This document shows, piece by piece, positions 32,153 to 36,863 of a stretch of 36,863 nt of DNA (its first letter is position 1; the number at the start of each line of letters is the position of its first letter). Both the position numbers and the translations under genes were made by a program. Source of the DNA: a bacterium (lineage in GTDB: Bacteria > Patescibacteriota > Gracilibacteria > BD1-5 > UBA2023). The stretch lies in contig JAYWGH010000012.1 of the NCBI GenBank assembly GCA_043778375.1, positions 1 through 36,863 of the forward strand, given 5' to 3'. Below the pieces are notes generated by a model. The model saw only the letters and a list, made by a program, of their open reading frames with translations. It was not told the DNA's origin and did not search any database.

Positions 32153-33388
32153 CTATAATAAGTCTTTGATGCTATGAACAAGACTATCAATGTCAAAGTT
32201 CTCAAAAAAAGATTTCTCAAGTTCTACCTCAAAACTCGGAAGAAAAAAAGATTTTTTACTCAAATATTTCGACTTATGTGAGTAGCCTTTCCTATATCAT
32301 ATATACCAGTTATTTCAGATAGAATTCTCAACTACTTCTCCATCACTATAAGATGACCATACCCGTGCATCTCCCGTAGTATAAATAGTAAATGAGGGTA
32401 CATTCATACGTAGAATATTCATTCATCCACCGTCTATTCCCACTAAGCATTTTTGAGTGGAAATAAACTTTATAAGTTCAGTAAGTTTTTGAGAGATGTC
32501 TTTTATCACAACATTTTTCGGAAAGTTTATATAAATTAGCTCTTTCACAATTTCTCCATCTGGATCATCGATAACAGTTATAAGCTCATTTGGGAAGTAT
32601 ATAGATATTTTAGTAATTATCTCTGCCCAAAAAACTGCTGTAAAATTACGGTAGGGCTTAACACCTACAAAAATAGTAATTCCAAAATAAGTTTCCGATT
32701 CTCAGAGAGATAGGAGTTTCAGAGAATAGTTTGTATCTATCTTTTTAGCAATTGCTACTCATTCTATAAATACTTTCTGTAAGAGAAGATTATAGCTCGA
32801 AATGATATTGATCCCATCTACTGTATAAAATTTTGAATAGCCATTATCTATAATTCAGGAGCTTAGAGCAAGATTCGGCCCAAAAATCCGCATAGAAGCA
32901 TCATCTAAGAGTAACCTCGCAATTGTAGTTGGATCGCTTACTAGATCCAAGAACGCCACATTCCCCCGTGGGAGGCGTTTGTAGACTAATTTAAAAGTTC
33001 TTAAAAAACTTCTAAATCCATTAATAAGATGTTGAGAAGGTTGAATCACATAAGAATTGAGATCTTTTTGAATCATCTTGACCTCCACATTCTCATATTT
33101 TGAAAGTGGTTCTAAAATCCAATAATTTAATTGAGAACTCAAAATCTCAATTGAACCAATAAATCAATGTTCATTAAGATAGAAAATAAGTGACTCTATC
33201 CAGATATAACTTATAACAGCATCCCCCATACGATCACTTCGATTGATGATAATTTTATCAATATTCAGTACAGAAATCTTGCGAGTATCTTTGAACAGAA
33301 AAAAACATTTTCCTATAAACTGAGCTATTAAAGCAAGGAGATAAATAGAAAAGATCTGTATTCGAACACGGAAAAATTTATAGTTCAT
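32153..33388 (-). CDS. GT9-like glycosyltransferase, paralog 2 (411 aa)
   Basis: Track ORFs 33164..33412 and 32855..33142 plus an untracked 700 nt form one frame through TGA at 33164, 32855, 32759, 32702, 32423, 32315 and 32297, ending at TAG 32153-32155. It aligns with paralog 1 (IIINRSDRMGDAVIS vs LVINRADRIGDAVIS; LVGIDGG-TGA-MNILR vs VMGIDGGGINMMR; FFLPSFE vs FWLPSFQ). ATG 33386-33388 overlaps the upstream stop as TAATG. Confidence 0.65.
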
Positions 33389-34101
33389 TACCCCCCAAAT
33401 AATTTCCTCCAAATCATCCGACTCGCTATCCGCAGTGGCCCTCAGTGTCGTTGTCCCTTAGCGAGAGTATATTCATCGTAAGTGATGTTCACTGGCACTT
33501 CGGCAAAAGTGAGACCATGAATCCTCACCTGTTCAATGAGCTCGCTCGCATACTCCATCCCATCCATTGTGAGTTCAAGATGTACTAGGGATTTCACTGC
33601 GATCATGCGATACCCATTGTGGGAGTCAGTGAGTTTTATCCCTGAGATCATCCAAGTAAACATCGTCCCTCCCCAGAGGATGATGCGTCGTCCGAGTGGT
33701 ACATTGGACGCAGTCTTGGTGATAAATCTCGAGCCAAGGACCATGTCGAGTTTTGGATTTGCCTCAAAAGCATGGATAAACTCTACCATATCCAAAACTG
33801 AGTGCTGGCCATCCGCATCAAAAGTCACGATATAATCAATACCAAGAGTGGTCGCATTTCGCCTCACAAACTCAAATCCTGTCTCAAGAGCCGCTCCACC
33901 TCCACGATTGTGAGCATGGCTGAGAACTATGGTATTTGGGTAGGATTGAGCAATTCTGAGTGTATTATCTCTTGACCCATCGTCTACAATCAAAATTTTG
34001 GTAAATCCAGCCCCAGTGATACTCTCGATCACACTTCAAATACGCGTTGCCTCATTGTAAGCGCGTATGAGAAAGAGGATTTGACTGAACTTTATTTTCA
34101 T
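33388..34101 (-). CDS. GT2-family glycosyltransferase (polyprenol-phosphate sugar transferase-like, 237 aa)
   Basis: ATG 34099-34101 (MKIKFSQILFLIRAYNEATRI-TGA-S..). Motifs are IVDDGSRDNT, TFDADGQH and DSHNGYR. The track stop 33442 is TGA, so the frame continues 17 codons to TAA 33388-33390. Confidence 0.8.
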
Positions 34102-34439
34102 GACGGTGGATTTTGGCGAGACTCGAGGAGGGCTACCTCTCGGATGAGACGAGTGATGTCTTCTTTATTTTTTTCGGTTTTGTCGAGGAGGAGGAGAACA
34201 AAGTAAAATAAGAAAATAATACCTGCATATACGAGTACATCAGCCCCTCTCGGAAGTCCAAATATATGCCCAACGAAATCCCTCAAAAATGGAAAAATAC
34301 TAAATATGAGGAGACCCATACCCACTCAGATGAATACCAAAAAGTGGAGCGCGTTAAATTTTTGACGACGAGATATGTCGAATGCCAGGATAAATATAAT
34401 ACATCCTGAGAGGATGAAGAGCGCGTCGAGGAGGGTCAT
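34092..34439 (-). CDS. DUF2304-like small membrane protein (115 aa)
   Basis: ATG 34437-34439 to TAA 34092-34094, through TGA at 34329 and 34098. It has three or four hydrophobic helices, ISRRQKFNALHFLVF and LPRGADVLVY. In other bacteria this family is typically adjacent to GT2 genes. Confidence 0.6.
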
Positions 34440-34510
34440 AGTGACTATTTATGGAGTGTATATTATCCAGCCTCGCGCAATCCACCAAATAAAACTCTCA
34501 GAGTCGTGTT

Positions 34511-34987
34511 TTATACTGAGTAAGTGGTGAGAATCTTGCGAATCACGGCTGAGGTCGAATACTCTCCTACAATTGGATGAATCACAAACTTCCCGCCATA
34601 TGCAGCCACTATCGGATACTCTGGAAGGTCCTCGAGCTGATAGTCCCCTCCCTTGAGACAGAGATCAGGCTGGAGGGCAGCTATTGCGTCCACCGGTGTA
34701 TCTGTATCAAATACATAGACGTAATCTACACTCTGGAGCGCGAGGAGCATTCGAGCTCTAAAATCCTCTGAGTTTATCGGGCGCCCAGGCTTTGACGCAA
34801 AATATGGCGAGCTATCAGCATTAAGTCCTACTACTACAATATCACACTCGGATTTGAGGTACTCAAAGTTGGCGATATGCCCTGGATGCATGATGTCAAA
34901 ACATCTACCCGTCCAGCCGATAGACTGACCTTTGGTAGTGGCCTCTTGGCGGAGTGATTGGAGTTCGGCAGGAGTGGTGAGGAGCAT
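34511..34987 (-). CDS. hldC: D-beta-D-heptose 1-phosphate adenylyltransferase-like cytidylyltransferase (RfaE domain II / HldC type)
   Basis: It contains GRCFDIMHPGH (the nucleotidyltransferase HxGH motif), LNADSS, RPIN, VDYVYVFDTDTP, PDLCLKGGDY and YSTSAVIRKI. These are collinear with the C-terminal domain of E. coli HldE. It is 158 aa and ends in TAA. Confidence 0.8.
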   Translation of the reverse strand: MLLTTPAELQSLRQEATTKGQSIGWTGRCFDIMHPGHIANFEYLKSECDIVVVGLNADSSPYFASKPGRPINSEDFRARMLLALQSVDYVYVFDTDTPVDAIAALQPDLCLKGGDYQLEDLPEYPIVAAYGGKFVIHPIVGEYSTSAVIRKILTTYSV

Positions 34988-34994
34988 GGAGAGA

Positions 34995-35022
34995 ATTATA
35001 GGGAAATTGAACGAGAACTCAA
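34995..35022 (-). promoter_or_regulatory. promoter abutting the hldC ATG (leaderless geometry)
   Basis: The minus sense reads TTGAGT (35017-35022), a 16-nt spacer, TATAAT (34995-35000), 7 nt, then ATG (34985-34987). Confidence 0.45.
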
Positions 35023-35089
35023 AAGTCTACGAAAGAATTTTACAAATCACAACAGAAGTATATTCTCTTTGGTTAACCCTTAATTATTT

Positions 35090-35866
35090 ATGAACCGCAT
35101 TTCTTTTAACTTTGAAGGAACAACTACTGCTATAACTGGTGGATCGAGTGGGATTGGACTTGCAACTGCTGAACTTATCGCTCAATCCTGATGAAACGTA
35201 ATTATTAGCGAGAGTAGAAATCCAGAGAAAACTCAAACAGCCCTCACTCGCATACTCAGCGCGAGATCTTCAAAAAATAGTAGTGTACACGCACTCCCAT
35301 ACACTGCTGAAAACGAGGCGTCTGTAAAAGAGTTTTTTGAGAAGATACCAGTTGGACGACTCGACTATCTTGTACATAGTGCTGGAATTTCCCCTGATAA
35401 AGCATTTAATGAACAAACTGCAGCTGACTGGAATAAAGTACTCAGTGTAAATATGACCGGTACCTTCCTTGCAGCTAGATATGCTCAAGAAAGAATGAAA
35501 TGACAAAACATAGTTGATGAGGTACGAGGGAAAATCGTACTTGTTACTTCAACGAATGGAATAGACAGCTATGGAATATTTTCAGCCCCTTACGATGCCT
35601 CAAAGGCAGCAACCAACAACGCAGTTCGTAACTTTTGAGAAGCATTTCATAAGGAGGATAAGATTGTTGTAAATGGTATCGCCCCAGGATGGATAGATAC
35701 GGAACTCAATAATACCCTACCTGCTGACGCACGTATTGAAGAATCTGCAAAAATATGGTCTGGGAGATTTGCTACCCCCACTGAGCTCGCTATAAATATA
35801 CTTGCTTCTCTGACTCTTCCCTACAAGTCTGGGAGAGTTGATATGATAGACGGCGGCTACAGATAA
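35090..35866 (+). CDS. short-chain dehydrogenase/reductase (SDR) family oxidoreductase (258 aa)
   Basis: No track ORF covers this gene. The frame is open from ATG 35090 to TAA 35864-35866 through TGA at 35189, 35192 (a tandem TGA-TGA giving AQSGGNVII), 35501 and 35636. Motifs are [10 protein letters not shown] and the catalytic YDASKAA. Confidence 0.85.
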
Positions 35867-35892
35867 AATCTATTACACTTAACAACTCCCAT

Positions 35893-36863
35893 ATGGACTT
35901 CTACGCAGAAAGCATCAAGATGCACAAAAAATATCAAGGAAAACTCGAGACCGTCTCGCGCGTCCCAGTTGTCACCCGAGAAGATCTCTCACTCGCCTAC
36001 TCTCCCGGAGTTGCTGAGCCTTGTCGAGAGATCGCAGCCGACAAGTCCAAGGTCTACGACTACACCCTCAAAGGGCGCACCGTCGCAGTTATCTCGGATG
36101 GATCAGCGGTACTGGGACTTGGGGATATAGGGCCTGAAGCTTCTCTCCCGGTTATGGAAGGAAAATGTGTGCTTTTTAAGGAATTCGCAGGACTTGATGC
36201 ATTTCCGATCGTACTCGATGTGCATGATATAGAGGGTATTGTCGCAGCAGTCAAGGCAATTGCTCCAACTTTTGGAGGGATCAACCTCGAGGATATTGCC
36301 TCCCCAAAGTGCTTTGAGATCGAAGAACGCCTCAAGGCAGAGCTCGATATTCCCGTCATGCACGATGATCAACATGGAACAGCGATAGTAACACTCGCCG
36401 CGCTCATCAACTCGCTCAAAGTAGTAGGAAAAGATGCAGACAAAGTACGAGTAGTTCTCTCTGGACCAGGAGCAGCTGGTACTGCGGTAATGAAACTTCT
36501 CTCCCTCTATTGAGTGCGTCATATCATCGCATGTGACAGCAAGGGGATGGTATCTCCGAGTCGGACAGATCTCGACTCATCCAAGATTAAACTCCTCGAG
36601 TTTACCAATCTCGAAGGTCGCTCAGGATCTCTCGCCGATGCACTCGTCGGAGCCGATGTATTTATCGGTCTCTCAGCTCCAAATGTGATCAATCGTACGC
36701 ATGTCGCAACTATGGCCGCGGACGCAATTATATTTGGGATGGCTAACCCAACTCCAGAGATCATGCAGATGAGGCTCGCGCCGGTGGCGCTCGCATCTGT
36801 GGTACGGGACGCTCTGATATGCCAAACCAGATCAACAATGTGCTCGCATTCCCAGGAATATTC
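35893..36863 (+). CDS. NAD(P)-dependent malic enzyme (partial; apparent 1-nt frameshift near 36766)
   Basis: It starts [19 protein letters not shown] and contains [14 protein letters not shown] and [12 protein letters not shown] 36511 sits at [18 protein letters not shown]. After ANPTPEIM (to 36765) the conserved ..[32 protein letters not shown] continues in the +2 frame to the window end. Confidence 0.85.

Larger units (their letters stand above)
30260..32228 (-). repeat. tandem duplication, period 1013 bp (methyltransferase gene plus about 75 nt of upstream sequence)
   Basis: Position p aligns with p+1013 across both 876-nt CDSs. The conserved core (30617-30800 vs 31630-31813) is estimated by eye at about 80-85% nt identity. 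Sequence 31160-31210 still resembles 32172-32228, which is the 3' end of the GT9-like gene upstream of copy 2. Confidence 0.8.

Noticed and set aside
1-36863. Reading the many interrupted housekeeping genes (valS, nrdA, gltX, lysS, lepA, glmS, ddl and others) as pseudogenes of a decaying genome.
   Set aside because: Every interruption is TGA, never TAA, TAG or a frameshift. The frames stay continuous and the TGAs sit on conserved Gly columns. Recoding explains all of them at once. The only real frame break seen is in the malic enzyme gene near 36766.
1-36863. UGA = Trp (table 4, Mycoplasma/Spiroplasma type).
   Set aside because: The aligned columns are Gly in the families (HIGG, SQSGET, GEDG, PKG, CRKPxPG, the SDR GG), and paralog alignments inside the window pair TGA with GGN. 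Ordinary TGG Trp codons are also used normally.

Overview
This 36.9 kb window is a gene-dense bacterial chromosome segment that can only be read with UGA as glycine (translation table 25, the Gracilibacteria/Absconditabacteria type of candidate-phyla-radiation lineage). The supplied standard-code ORF track breaks about 25 genes at in-frame TGA. Every break falls on a conserved Gly column of a well-known family, or on a Gly codon in a paralog inside this window, and all real stops are TAA or TAG. Re-joined, the window holds about 38 genes in two parts. (1) A housekeeping block at 1-21955, almost all on the minus strand: valS, an orphan gene, thyX, nrdB, nrdA with an NrdR-box promoter, rluD, ndk, lexA, mltG, gltX, a large SLH/PKD surface protein, rimO, ddl, lysS and lepA. 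(2) An accessory block at 21960-34990: three AT-rich orphan ORFs, then a cell-surface glycan cluster. The cluster has three GT9 (heptosyltransferase-like) genes, two GT4, one GT2 plus a DUF2304 membrane protein, glmS, gmhB, an hldC/rfaE-II-like adenylyltransferase and a tandemly duplicated FkbM methyltransferase. An SDR gene and a malic-enzyme gene follow; the malic-enzyme gene has an apparent 1-nt frameshift and runs off the right edge. I saw no rRNA, tRNA, CRISPR array, transposase or integrase. No Shine-Dalgarno motif is visible upstream of any start codon I inspected. Several operon-first genes have -35/-10 boxes directly abutting the ATG, which is the geometry of leaderless mRNAs. All functional calls rest on motif recognition by eye, since no database search was possible.
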